Both the position numbers and the translations under genes were made by a program. A stretch of 64,000 nucleotides of DNA from Bacteroidales bacterium UBA1800. Lineage in GTDB: Bacteria; Bacteroidota; Bacteroidia; Bacteroidales; VadinHA17. The stretch covers positions 3,370 to 67,369 of the forward strand of contig DCFQ01000038.1 of the NCBI GenBank assembly GCA_002319915.1, read 5' to 3'. Each line of letters begins with the position of its first letter. Within the stretch, counting starts at the first letter, position 1. Of the stretch, positions 1 through 8,354 are shown one piece after another. The notes below the pieces were generated by a model. It was given only the letters and a program-made list of their open reading frames with translations, had not been told where the DNA came from and made no database searches.

Positions 1-1
1 A

Positions 2-568
2 ATGATCCTTTCCGACGGTGCGATAGGGCAGATGATGGAAAAAGTGTGGCTGAGTCCGCAGAAAGAAAGATCGAAGACGGTTCCCGGGTGGGCGACCACC
101 GGAAAGCCCGCCGGCAGGGAAAGGAACATTATCACTTCCCTTGAACTCGATCCCGACAGGCAGGAGGTCTTCAACAGGAAACTGGTCGTCAAGTACAACG
201 AAATAAGGGCAAACGAGGTCCGCTGCGAAGAGTTCAGCTGTGAGGATGCGGAATACCTGATGGTTGCTTACGGAACCAGCGCAAGGGTCTGCCAGAAAGC
301 GGTCGAGCTGGCAAGGGCACAGGGAATAAAGGCCGGGTTGCTGAGGCCCATAACACTCTTCCCGTTCCCCTCTGCCCCGATAAACAAGCTGGCTGAAAAG
401 GTCAGGCTCATTCTCACAGTCGAGATGAGCGCCGGCCAGATGATAGAGGATGTGTTGCTGTCGGTAAGCGGGAAGGTGCCTGTTTATCATTACGGAAGGA
501 TGGGAGGGGTTGTCCCGACACCCGACGAGGTGGTTGATTGTCTGAAGACAAAAATAATAGGAGGTTGA
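2..568 (+). CDS. 2-oxoacid:ferredoxin oxidoreductase alpha subunit, C-terminal part (5' end upstream of window)
   Basis: The frame reaches the window edge. It shows alpha-subunit C-terminal-like sequence (VAYGTSARV, LLRPITLFPFP). The beta (TPP) and gamma subunit genes follow with 3 and 18 nt spacers. Confidence 0.75.
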   Translation: MILSDGAIGQMMEKVWLSPQKERSKTVPGWATTGKPAGRERNIITSLELDPDRQEVFNRKLVVKYNEIRANEVRCEEFSCEDAEYLMVAYGTSARVCQKAVELARAQGIKAGLLRPITLFPFPSAPINKLAEKVRLILTVEMSAGQMIEDVLLSVSGKVPVYHYGRMGGVVPTPDEVVDCLKTKIIGG

Positions 569-571
569 GCA

Positions 572-1363
572 ATGAAAGAAATTACGGGAATGAAGGAAAT
601 CATAAAGCCTGAGAACCTGGTTTATAAAAAATCAGAACTCCTGACTGAGAACATAATGCATTATTGCCCGGGATGCGGCCACAGCACCACGCACCGGATA
701 CTGGCGGAGGTGCTCGAGGAGGAAGGGCTAAGGCATGATGCGATCGGAGTATCGCCGGTAGGCTGCTCGGTCTTCCTGTACAATTATATCGATATCGACT
801 GGCAGGAAGCAGCACATGGGCGTGCACCCGCAGTTGCCACAGGGATCAAAAGGCTGATGCCTGAGAAATTTGTGTTTACCTACCAGGGCGACGGTGACCT
901 GGCTGCTATCGGTACATCCGAGACAATTCATTCCTGCAACAGGGGGGAGAATATAATGATCATTTTCATAAACAACGGCATTTATGGTATGACCGGGGGC
1001 CAGATGGCGCCGACTACCCTGCCGGGAATGAAATCTTCCACCTCCCCTTACGGAAGGGACGTCTCCATTATGGGTAATCCCCTGAAGATGACCGATATCG
1101 TTGCAACCCTTCCGGGCACATATTATGTGACCAGGCAGAGCGTCCATACGCCGGTTAATGTCAGGAGGACTAAAAGAGCGATCCGAAAAGCCGTTCAGTA
1201 CCAGAAACTCAATAAGGGGACCTGTTTCATCGAAATTGTTTCCAATTGCCCCTCCGGATGGAAAATGACCCCGGTCCAGTCGAACAAATGGATGGAGGAG
1301 AACATGTTCCCGTTCTATCCGCTGGGAGATCTCAAAACCCCGGAAGAACAGCCCGCTAATTAA
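572..1363 (+). CDS. korB: 2-oxoacid:ferredoxin oxidoreductase beta subunit (thiamine diphosphate binding)
   Basis: 263 aa with an N-terminal CPGCGH motif and a TPP-binding region (YQGDGDLAAIG ... NNGIYGMTGGQ). An alternative ATG lies at 590. Confidence 0.9.
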   Translation: MKEITGMKEIIKPENLVYKKSELLTENIMHYCPGCGHSTTHRILAEVLEEEGLRHDAIGVSPVGCSVFLYNYIDIDWQEAAHGRAPAVATGIKRLMPEKFVFTYQGDGDLAAIGTSETIHSCNRGENIMIIFINNGIYGMTGGQMAPTTLPGMKSSTSPYGRDVSIMGNPLKMTDIVATLPGTYYVTRQSVHTPVNVRRTKRAIRKAVQYQKLNKGTCFIEIVSNCPSGWKMTPVQSNKWMEENMFPFYPLGDLKTPEEQPAN

Positions 1364-1381
1364 TGATTAATCCGTTAAGAA

Positions 1382-1933
1382 ATGACTGAAGAAATAATAA
1401 TTGCCGGATTTGGAGGACAGGGAGTGCTTTCCATGGGCAAGATCATGGCCTACTCAGGAGTAATGCAGGACATGGAGGTCAGCTGGATGCCTTCCTACGG
1501 TCCCGAAATGAGAGGCGGCACCGCTAACGTCATCGTAATTCTCAGCAACGAACGAATAAGCTCCCCAATCATCAGGCACTTCGACACAGGCATCATCCTC
1601 AACCAGCAGTCGCTCGATAAATTCGAGGAGGCAATCAAGCCGGGTGGTGTTTTGATCTATGACGGCAACGGGATTACAAGACACCCCGTGAGGAAGGACA
1701 TCAGGATCTACAGGGTGGATGCTGCTGAAGAGGCATCGAGGCTCAAGAGCCCGAAAACATACAATATGATAGTGCTCGGCGGCTTTCTCAGGATAAAACC
1801 TGTACTTACCCTGGAAAATGTCATCAAGGGTCTCAGGAAATCGTTGCCGGAAAGATATCATAAGCTGATCCCTGAAAATGAAAAGTCGCTTTTAAGGGGA
1901 GAGGAGATAATAAAAGAGGTAAAAGTAAACTGA
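1382..1933 (+). CDS. 2-oxoacid:ferredoxin oxidoreductase gamma subunit
   Basis: 183 aa with the GFGGQGV motif typical of the gamma subunit. It is the third gene of the operon. Confidence 0.85.
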   Translation: MTEEIIIAGFGGQGVLSMGKIMAYSGVMQDMEVSWMPSYGPEMRGGTANVIVILSNERISSPIIRHFDTGIILNQQSLDKFEEAIKPGGVLIYDGNGITRHPVRKDIRIYRVDAAEEASRLKSPKTYNMIVLGGFLRIKPVLTLENVIKGLRKSLPERYHKLIPENEKSLLRGEEIIKEVKVN

Positions 1934-1959
1934 GCCAGGAATTCCAAAACCTGCGAGCT

Positions 1960-2562
1960 TTAGCCCTGTTTCTCATAAAAATGCATCTCCTGTATGTACT
2001 TCCAGACCGGGGGATGGAGGAAGTATGACATATTCCTCCCGTTACTTATCGCATTCCGTATAAAGGTGCCCGAAATATCCATTTCGGGGGCTTTGACCCG
2101 CTTGATCTGCGCTTTTGACATGATCTCATTCAGTGCCGGGTTATCCTTCACGGATGTGCCGCGCCTCGGGTATACATAGAGCGGGAACTGGCTCACCAGC
2201 ATCGACGCATTCTTCCATTTGTGGAGCGTATAAAGATTATCTTCCCCCATTACAAGGGTAAATCTGTGATTCGGGTACTTTTCCGTCAGCAGCATCATGG
2301 TATCGATAGTGTACGACGGTGACGGCCTGTTGAACTCAATGTCAGAAGGCCTCAGGTCGTCGTCAGCTCCTACTGCAAGCTCTACCAGGTAAAGCCTGTG
2401 CCGGTCGGGCAGGAGCGTCTCTTTTTTCTTCAGGGGGTTCTGAGGGCTTACTACGAACCAGATCTTTTCGAGATCGGTGAACTCCTTCATATAGCCTGCA
2501 ATTGCGGTGTGACCTATATGGATAGGATTGAACGAACCGAAGAAAAGACCGATTTTTGACAT
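1960..2562 (-). CDS. nadD: nicotinate-nucleotide adenylyltransferase
   Basis: 200 aa. GLFFGSFNPIHIGH contains the (H/T)xGH nucleotidyltransferase motif, and the length fits NadD. Confidence 0.9.
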   Translation of the reverse strand: MSKIGLFFGSFNPIHIGHTAIAGYMKEFTDLEKIWFVVSPQNPLKKKETLLPDRHRLYLVELAVGADDDLRPSDIEFNRPSPSYTIDTMMLLTEKYPNHRFTLVMGEDNLYTLHKWKNASMLVSQFPLYVYPRRGTSVKDNPALNEIMSKAQIKRVKAPEMDISGTFIRNAISNGRNMSYFLHPPVWKYIQEMHFYEKQG

Positions 2563-2585
2563 GAGTGAAGCGTTAAAAGAATTTA

Positions 2586-2625
2586 TTACACAGAGAACAC
2601 GGTGGAGACACGGAGAACACTGAAG
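2586..2625. repeat. CGGAG/CTCCGTG word-repeat element, one-armed copy
   Basis: The sequence is TTACACAGAGAACACGGTGGAGACACGGAGAACACTGAAG. It matches 23/26 nt against the first 26 nt of the reverse complement of the copy at 20786-20834. It lies downstream of the gmk stop codon. Confidence 0.8.
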
Positions 2626-2685
2626 TTCATGTTTTTACCTGTCTCCATCTGATTGTTCCGGGGAAATTTCACAATGGTTTAAAGA

Positions 2686-3252
2686 TTAATCTCCGATAAA
2701 ATCAAGTACAAGATTGTAAACCTCCCTTTTGGCATTTTCAAGATCATCATTTATAACTACCCGGTCAAAAGCGGAAGCCAGTTTCATTTCCTCAATCGCC
2801 TTCTCCACTCTCATCTTTATCCTGGCAGGGCTGTCGGTTCCCCTTCGGGTAAGCCTGTTTTCAAGCTCTTCAACGGAAGGGGGCATTATGAAAATGGAGA
2901 GCGCCTGACCGTTGAAAAGCCTCTTCAGGCTCATTCCCCCTTTCACGTCAACATCGAAAAGCACATTTTTCCCTTTATCCCTGATCCTTTCGATTTCGCT
3001 CCCGAGGGTACCGTAAAACTGGTCCTTGTATACTTCCTCCCATTCCGCAAATTCATTGTCCGATACCCGCTTTTTGAACTCCTCCGCGGTCATAAAGTAA
3101 TATTCTCTCCCGTTGACTTCAGAACCTCTTGGATCCCTGGTTGTTGCAGAAACTGAAAACTCAAGTCCGAGATCCTCCCCCAACAGGAAACCGGCGATAG
3201 TGGACTTTCCCGCCCCTGACGGGGCTGAAATGATGATTAGACTGCCTTTCAT
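2686..3252 (-). CDS. gmk: guanylate kinase
   Basis: 188 aa with P-loop SAPSGAGKST followed by SVSATTR, as in guanylate kinases. Confidence 0.95.
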   Translation of the reverse strand: MKGSLIIISAPSGAGKSTIAGFLLGEDLGLEFSVSATTRDPRGSEVNGREYYFMTAEEFKKRVSDNEFAEWEEVYKDQFYGTLGSEIERIRDKGKNVLFDVDVKGGMSLKRLFNGQALSIFIMPPSVEELENRLTRRGTDSPARIKMRVEKAIEEMKLASAFDRVVINDDLENAKREVYNLVLDFIGD

Positions 3253-3264
3253 ATCCGGTCCCGA

Positions 3265-4140
3265 TCAGAGTATGTTCATTGTCTGTTCCTTGATCTTCTC
3301 CAGCTCATCCTTCATCATAACGACCAGCTTTTGTATGGATGCGTCATTTGCCTTTGATCCGATGGTATTTATCTCCCTGCCAATCTCCTGGGTTATGAAG
3401 CTGAGAATTTTCCCATTGGGGGCATCAGTCTCCATTGTTTCAAGGAAATACTCGCAATGTTTCCTGAGCCTTACCTTTTCTTCGTTGATATCGAATTTCT
3501 CAAGATAGAATATTAGTTCCTGTTCAAACCTGTTCTTGTCGATGTTTTCGGTTCCCGTATGCTCTTCCAGGATCGAGAGCAACTTTTCCCTTACCTTCGT
3601 GATCCTTGCAGATTCATAAGGTTCTATATCGGAAAGGAAGGAAAGGATATTGCCAAGGCGCTTCCTGATGTCGGATTCGATCGACTTTCCCTCCTCACTC
3701 CTGTAAAGGTCGAGTATCCTGACCGATTCGATAATCTGCTCCTTTACAAGGTCCCATTCAGAATCAGGTAATTCGGGTCTGTCGGTCTTGAGGGCATCCG
3801 GCAGCTTCATTATCACCGGGAGTATCTGGTCGCTCACATTGATCTCAAGCTCGCCTGCAAGCTCCTTAAGCTGGTTGAAATAATTCCTGACAATTGCCCG
3901 GTTTATTATTGGAACGCCTTCATCCTCAATAATATCAAAATAAATTGAGATCTCAATTTTCCCCCTGTCAAGCTTCTGGCTGATCAGGTTCCTTATTTCG
4001 GGTTCCTTTTCCTTGTAAAGCCATGGCAGCTTGGTGAATAGATCGAGCTGCTTGGAATTGAGGGATTTCACTTCGATGGAGATCTTCTTCTGGGCTGTTT
4101 CGGCTATCGCTTTACCGTAGCCGGTCATCGACTTTATCAT
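3265..4140 (-). CDS. yicC: YicC/YloC family stress-induced protein
   Basis: 291 aa with an N-terminal SMTGYG motif and a C-terminal EIGREINTIGSKAND motif typical of the YicC family. Confidence 0.85.
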   Translation of the reverse strand: MIKSMTGYGKAIAETAQKKISIEVKSLNSKQLDLFTKLPWLYKEKEPEIRNLISQKLDRGKIEISIYFDIIEDEGVPIINRAIVRNYFNQLKELAGELEINVSDQILPVIMKLPDALKTDRPELPDSEWDLVKEQIIESVRILDLYRSEEGKSIESDIRKRLGNILSFLSDIEPYESARITKVREKLLSILEEHTGTENIDKNRFEQELIFYLEKFDINEEKVRLRKHCEYFLETMETDAPNGKILSFITQEIGREINTIGSKANDASIQKLVVMMKDELEKIKEQTMNIL

Positions 4141-4412
4141 TGCAGTAGATTTGTTTGAACCGGTGGTGATTTCCGGTCCGGAAAATTACAAATTATCCGT
4201 GTATTAAACAACTTACGGTCACTTACAACCAGCTGATCCATAGCAAAAGTACGAGGCCAGTTCTTCTCCATATTTTATGATTTGAGCATTTTGAGTATCT
4301 TCGCCCGGGGATTTTTCACAGGGCTTCTGATAAGATTTTGAAAGGAAAACCGTTGAAATAAAAACCTGGTTCATTTGGATCATCCTCCGAAAGATATTAA
4401 GTCAAAACCGAA

Positions 4413-6209
4413 ATGATGGGCATAAGAGCATTGCTGATTTCCGGTATTATCTTACTGTCATCCCTGTCAGCCGTTATATCGGCACAGGATCGTATCGCAC
4501 AGGCTCCTGCAGACAAGGCATTTATTGATTCCCTCTCAAAAGCCGGAATCATTCGTGATACCCTGATAAGGAGAACGGATGTTTCCCTTAACAGGGAAGA
4601 GGCTGTGAGGTACCTTCAAAAATGGATCCAGCCGTATGCCTGGAAAAACTGGCATGATCCCTTCAGGAGTGTCCTGGTCCAGCTGGTATTTGAAGCCACG
4701 CATCAGCCTTTCGACTCTGCAGAATATTATATAAGGAACTACCCGTGGGATTCGATCTCTGTTCCAAGGGAGAAGTTCTTCATATGGGAGCCTGCAAAGA
4801 TCAAGATCATTGACAGAAGTCCGTCGCGCGACACCCTTCGCGGGGAAGAGCAGGCTGCCGCCGCCCTTTCCGATTCGCTGCGGCCAAAGCAGGGTGAGGC
4901 ATTGAAGCAGCCTTTTCCTGCGGTGAAGGATACAACCATAATGGTGGCCATTGACACCCTGAAGGAAGTCACATCTTCGTCGGGCTCTTTTCCGTTCAGG
5001 TTTTACAGGTACCCTTTCCAGAGCGATTCCATCAGGGCAGCCGCAAAGGTGCTCCTCGATTATCTGGCGGCAAGGGATTCCATGATCGTGAAGATCACCG
5101 GAATATCAGGAAAGGAGACCCCTATCTGGCTGAATTCCAGGTCGGACATGATGATCCGGTATTGGCTTAAGAACGACCTTGACGACTCTGTTACGGTATG
5201 GGTTGGCAATCCTGCAAAAAATACCATCGGACTGTATCTCGAGAATGGAGTCGTCTTCAGGAGGCCTGCCATGCAGGGAAATATTTCGAGGGCGAAGATT
5301 GATGTGGAGACACAGAACCGGAACAAGCTTCTCGATATTCATAAGATCATCACCAAGACCCAGTACTGGCGTTTTCACACTGAATCGGCCTTTGCTCTCA
5401 GCCAGGGTTACCTGTCAAACTGGGTCAAGGGAGGGGAGAGCAGCATATCGACATCTGTCGACATGACGGCTTATGCCGACTATGACAACAAGCCGATGCT
5501 TCTATCTTCGAATAATTACATCCGGCTAAAATACGGCCTTATAGCTACTACATCTGATGGTTTGAGGAAGAACCTGGACCTTCTTGAAACCAACTCCAAG
5601 CTTAACCATAAAGCCTTCGGTAAATTCGATTTCAGCGCTGTTCTCCTGTTTAAGACCCAGCTGTCCAAAGGATACAATTACCCGAATGATTCAGTTCCGG
5701 TCTCAAAATTCATGAACCCGGCAATGATGACTCTCGGGATAGGTCTCGACTACAAGCCGAACAAGCATACTTCAATAAACTTTTCCCCTCTTTCATATAA
5801 GCTGACCCTTGTGACTGATACCGGGAGAACGGCGTCCCATATTGACCAGACCCTTTACGGTATCCCAAAAAACCGGCGAGCGCTCCATGAGCCCGGTCTG
5901 AGCCTCATTGTGGCGCATGATTTCACCCCGATAAAGAATATGAATATTACCAACAGGCTCCAGCTGTTTACCAATTACATTCACAATCCCCAGAATATTG
6001 ATGTCGACTGGGAAATGATCCTTACTGCAAATATCAACTGGTTCACGGATGTGAGGCTCAATACGCACCTGATATACGATGATGATACAAAAACGCCGGT
6101 ATTCAACAGGAACAAGGAGCCTGTGCTAGGACCAGACGGCCTTCAGAAAAAAACGGCAAGGGCCCAGTTCAAGGAGATCCTGGGGTTTTCCTTTATCTTC
6201 AGGTTTTGA
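4413..6209 (+). CDS. exported outer-membrane beta-barrel-like protein (DUF3078-like)
   Basis: 598 aa with an N-terminal signal peptide and an NWVKGGESS motif. The C-terminal half shows an alternating beta-strand pattern and ends in an aromatic residue (FIFRF). Confidence 0.55.
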   Translation: MMGIRALLISGIILLSSLSAVISAQDRIAQAPADKAFIDSLSKAGIIRDTLIRRTDVSLNREEAVRYLQKWIQPYAWKNWHDPFRSVLVQLVFEATHQPFDSAEYYIRNYPWDSISVPREKFFIWEPAKIKIIDRSPSRDTLRGEEQAAAALSDSLRPKQGEALKQPFPAVKDTTIMVAIDTLKEVTSSSGSFPFRFYRYPFQSDSIRAAAKVLLDYLAARDSMIVKITGISGKETPIWLNSRSDMMIRYWLKNDLDDSVTVWVGNPAKNTIGLYLENGVVFRRPAMQGNISRAKIDVETQNRNKLLDIHKIITKTQYWRFHTESAFALSQGYLSNWVKGGESSISTSVDMTAYADYDNKPMLLSSNNYIRLKYGLIATTSDGLRKNLDLLETNSKLNHKAFGKFDFSAVLLFKTQLSKGYNYPNDSVPVSKFMNPAMMTLGIGLDYKPNKHTSINFSPLSYKLTLVTDTGRTASHIDQTLYGIPKNRRALHEPGLSLIVAHDFTPIKNMNITNRLQLFTNYIHNPQNIDVDWEMILTANINWFTDVRLNTHLIYDDDTKTPVFNRNKEPVLGPDGLQKKTARAQFKEILGFSFIFRF

Positions 6210-7332
6210 GTATCTTGTGGAAGATCCTGAATCTTTTGACCACCTTTCCGTCGAGCCTTTCACATTCAGCCCGCATTCTCACATTGTTTTCGAGGATCAG
6301 GTGGCTGTCGATTACGGTCATATGCCTGTTTTTGGCAGTGTTGAAGATCTTTACAGCCATAAGGACATCGATCCCCTGTCCCCTGAAGTCCTTTTTCACA
6401 CCGCCCAGCATCAGCATCAGCTTCTTTGACTTCTTCATCTCCTTCAGGATCTTAAATATCCCGATAGGGAACAGCCTGCCCTTAGCAGCAATGATTCCTG
6501 CTGTCAGGTCGGGTAAACCCACGACAAAGCCAATCAGGTCATTGCCTGATTTGACAACCTTTACAAATTCCGGATCAAGGATCGGAAGGTATCTTCCGGC
6601 AAACTCTTTTTTCTCCTTGTCGTTAAGGGGAACAAATCCATAGATCTCGCTGAATGTCAGGTTCATCAGCTCAAGCACAGGCACGATATACGGTTTCAGC
6701 TCGCTCTTCGTCCTGAACTCCACTATCTCGAGCGATCCGTTCTTCGAGGAGATTGTCCGTTCATATGCCTTCCTGTAAACCGAAGGAAGCTCATAAGGCA
6801 GGTCAATATTGTAATTCACAAGGTCAACCTCCTTGAGATAGCCTTCGTTTTCAATGAGTTTCCGGAGATATGGCGAGTTAGTAGCAGCCGTGAACAGGTA
6901 TGGATATTCAAAACCTTCAATCTGCACGCCCTGGGGATCCTTGTCTGAAAATGCCAGCGGCCCGACGATCTTCTCCATTCCCTTCGATTTCACCCACTCT
7001 TCTGTCTTTGTGAGCAGAGCATGCGCAACTTCCTGGTCATCAAGGCACTCAAGGAAGCAAAAACGCCCGTTCTTCTCGGCTTTGAGTGTGTTGTAACGGT
7101 TATTTACCAGGCCCATAATCCTTCCGACAGGTTTTTTCCCCCTGTATGCAAGGTAAAAAACGGCGTCGGCATACTTGTATGACCTGTTTTTCTTTTTATT
7201 GAACAGGAGCCATTCATCATTGTAAATAGGCGGGAGCCAGTTCTGGTCATTCCTGTGAACCTTTGCCGGCACATGAATGAATGCTTTCAGGTCCCGGTGG
7301 GTCGAGACTTCCTTAACTCTTATTTCGGACAT
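6199..7332 (-). CDS. GNAT-family N-acetyltransferase-like protein
   Basis: 377-aa uninterrupted ORF with a C-terminal acetyl-CoA-binding-like motif (FRGQGID). The assignment rests on motif recognition only. Confidence 0.5.
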   Translation of the reverse strand: MSEIRVKEVSTHRDLKAFIHVPAKVHRNDQNWLPPIYNDEWLLFNKKKNRSYKYADAVFYLAYRGKKPVGRIMGLVNNRYNTLKAEKNGRFCFLECLDDQEVAHALLTKTEEWVKSKGMEKIVGPLAFSDKDPQGVQIEGFEYPYLFTAATNSPYLRKLIENEGYLKEVDLVNYNIDLPYELPSVYRKAYERTISSKNGSLEIVEFRTKSELKPYIVPVLELMNLTFSEIYGFVPLNDKEKKEFAGRYLPILDPEFVKVVKSGNDLIGFVVGLPDLTAGIIAAKGRLFPIGIFKILKEMKKSKKLMLMLGGVKKDFRGQGIDVLMAVKIFNTAKNRHMTVIDSHLILENNVRMRAECERLDGKVVKRFRIFHKILKT

Positions 7333-7432
7333 CAGGCTGGTTAATTATTACCACCAAGAAACAAAAAAAAATAAAGATCCGCAAAATTATACTCAATTTA
7401 TAATCAGCGATGAGCAGGTGATGGATTGACTT

Positions 7433-8308
7433 TCAGCGGAAAATGATGAGATCCGCTATTACGAAAGCAGCAAAAACGATGCTTGCAATGCCGTTTGTAG
7501 TCTGGAATGCAATGCTGACCCTGCTCAGATCTGAAGGTTTCACAATAAGATGCTGCCAGACCAGCAAAAATGTAAAGACAGCGGCACCGCTCCAGAAGAT
7601 CCACCCGCTGTTTCCTTTTATTCCTGCCATCACTACCAGGACCACCGTCGCCAGATGCACGGCTGTGGAGATGAATAGTGCCTGCTTCCTGCCAATTGAT
7701 GCAGGGATTGAATGCAACTTGTTCTCCCTGTCGAACTGATCGTCCTGGAGGGAGTAAATGATATCAAAGCCCCCGACCCAGGTAACGACAATAAATGAAT
7801 AGAGCAGTGGCAGAAGCTCGAACCTTCCAGTTACTGAGATATACGCGCCGACAGGAGCCAGTGCAAGGCCAACGCCGAGGATAAAGTGGCACAGCGACGT
7901 AAATCTCTTTGTGAGGCTGTATCCCAGGATCACTGCCAGCGCAACCGGCGATAGGCAGAGCGTGAGCCTGTTTATCAGGCCTGCAGCGGCAATGAACAGG
8001 AGCGAATTCACAACAACAAAGACCGTGACAGCCCAGGGACTAAGTATCCCCGAAGGGATCTCGCGGCTGCTGGTCCTCGGATTCAATGAATCGAACCGTT
8101 TGTCTACCAGCCTGTTAAATCCCATAGCCGCATTTCGCGCCAGGACCATGCAAAGGATGATTAAAACCAGGAGCTTCAGGCTGAAGGAATTCCCGGCTTC
8201 AGTCACCGCAAGCGAAAAGCCGATCAGTGCAAATGGCATCGCAAACACCGTGTGGCCGAACCTGACCAGTGAGAGGTATTTGCCTGCAGCTTTTGCTAAA
8301 TTTTTCAA
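7433..8308 (-). CDS. UbiA-family aromatic prenyltransferase (4-hydroxybenzoate polyprenyltransferase-like)
   Basis: 291 aa and strongly hydrophobic, with multiple TM helices. It carries the Asp-rich motifs NRLVDKRFD (NxxxDxxxD) and YSLQDDQFD. Confidence 0.8.
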   Translation of the reverse strand: MKNLAKAAGKYLSLVRFGHTVFAMPFALIGFSLAVTEAGNSFSLKLLVLIILCMVLARNAAMGFNRLVDKRFDSLNPRTSSREIPSGILSPWAVTVFVVVNSLLFIAAAGLINRLTLCLSPVALAVILGYSLTKRFTSLCHFILGVGLALAPVGAYISVTGRFELLPLLYSFIVVTWVGGFDIIYSLQDDQFDRENKLHSIPASIGRKQALFISTAVHLATVVLVVMAGIKGNSGWIFWSGAAVFTFLLVWQHLIVKPSDLSRVSIAFQTTNGIASIVFAAFVIADLIIFR

Positions 8309-8354
8309 TTCTGCGAAGGGTTAATCTGGAGCGGGACCAATAGTCGAATGGCAT

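Noticed and set aside
4195-4240. A single TCCGTGTA word and TTACGGTCACTTACAAC in the yicC divergent spacer, considered as a ninth repeat element.
   Set aside because: Only one word is present, with no array, no inverted arm and no hairpin. This cannot be distinguished from chance.
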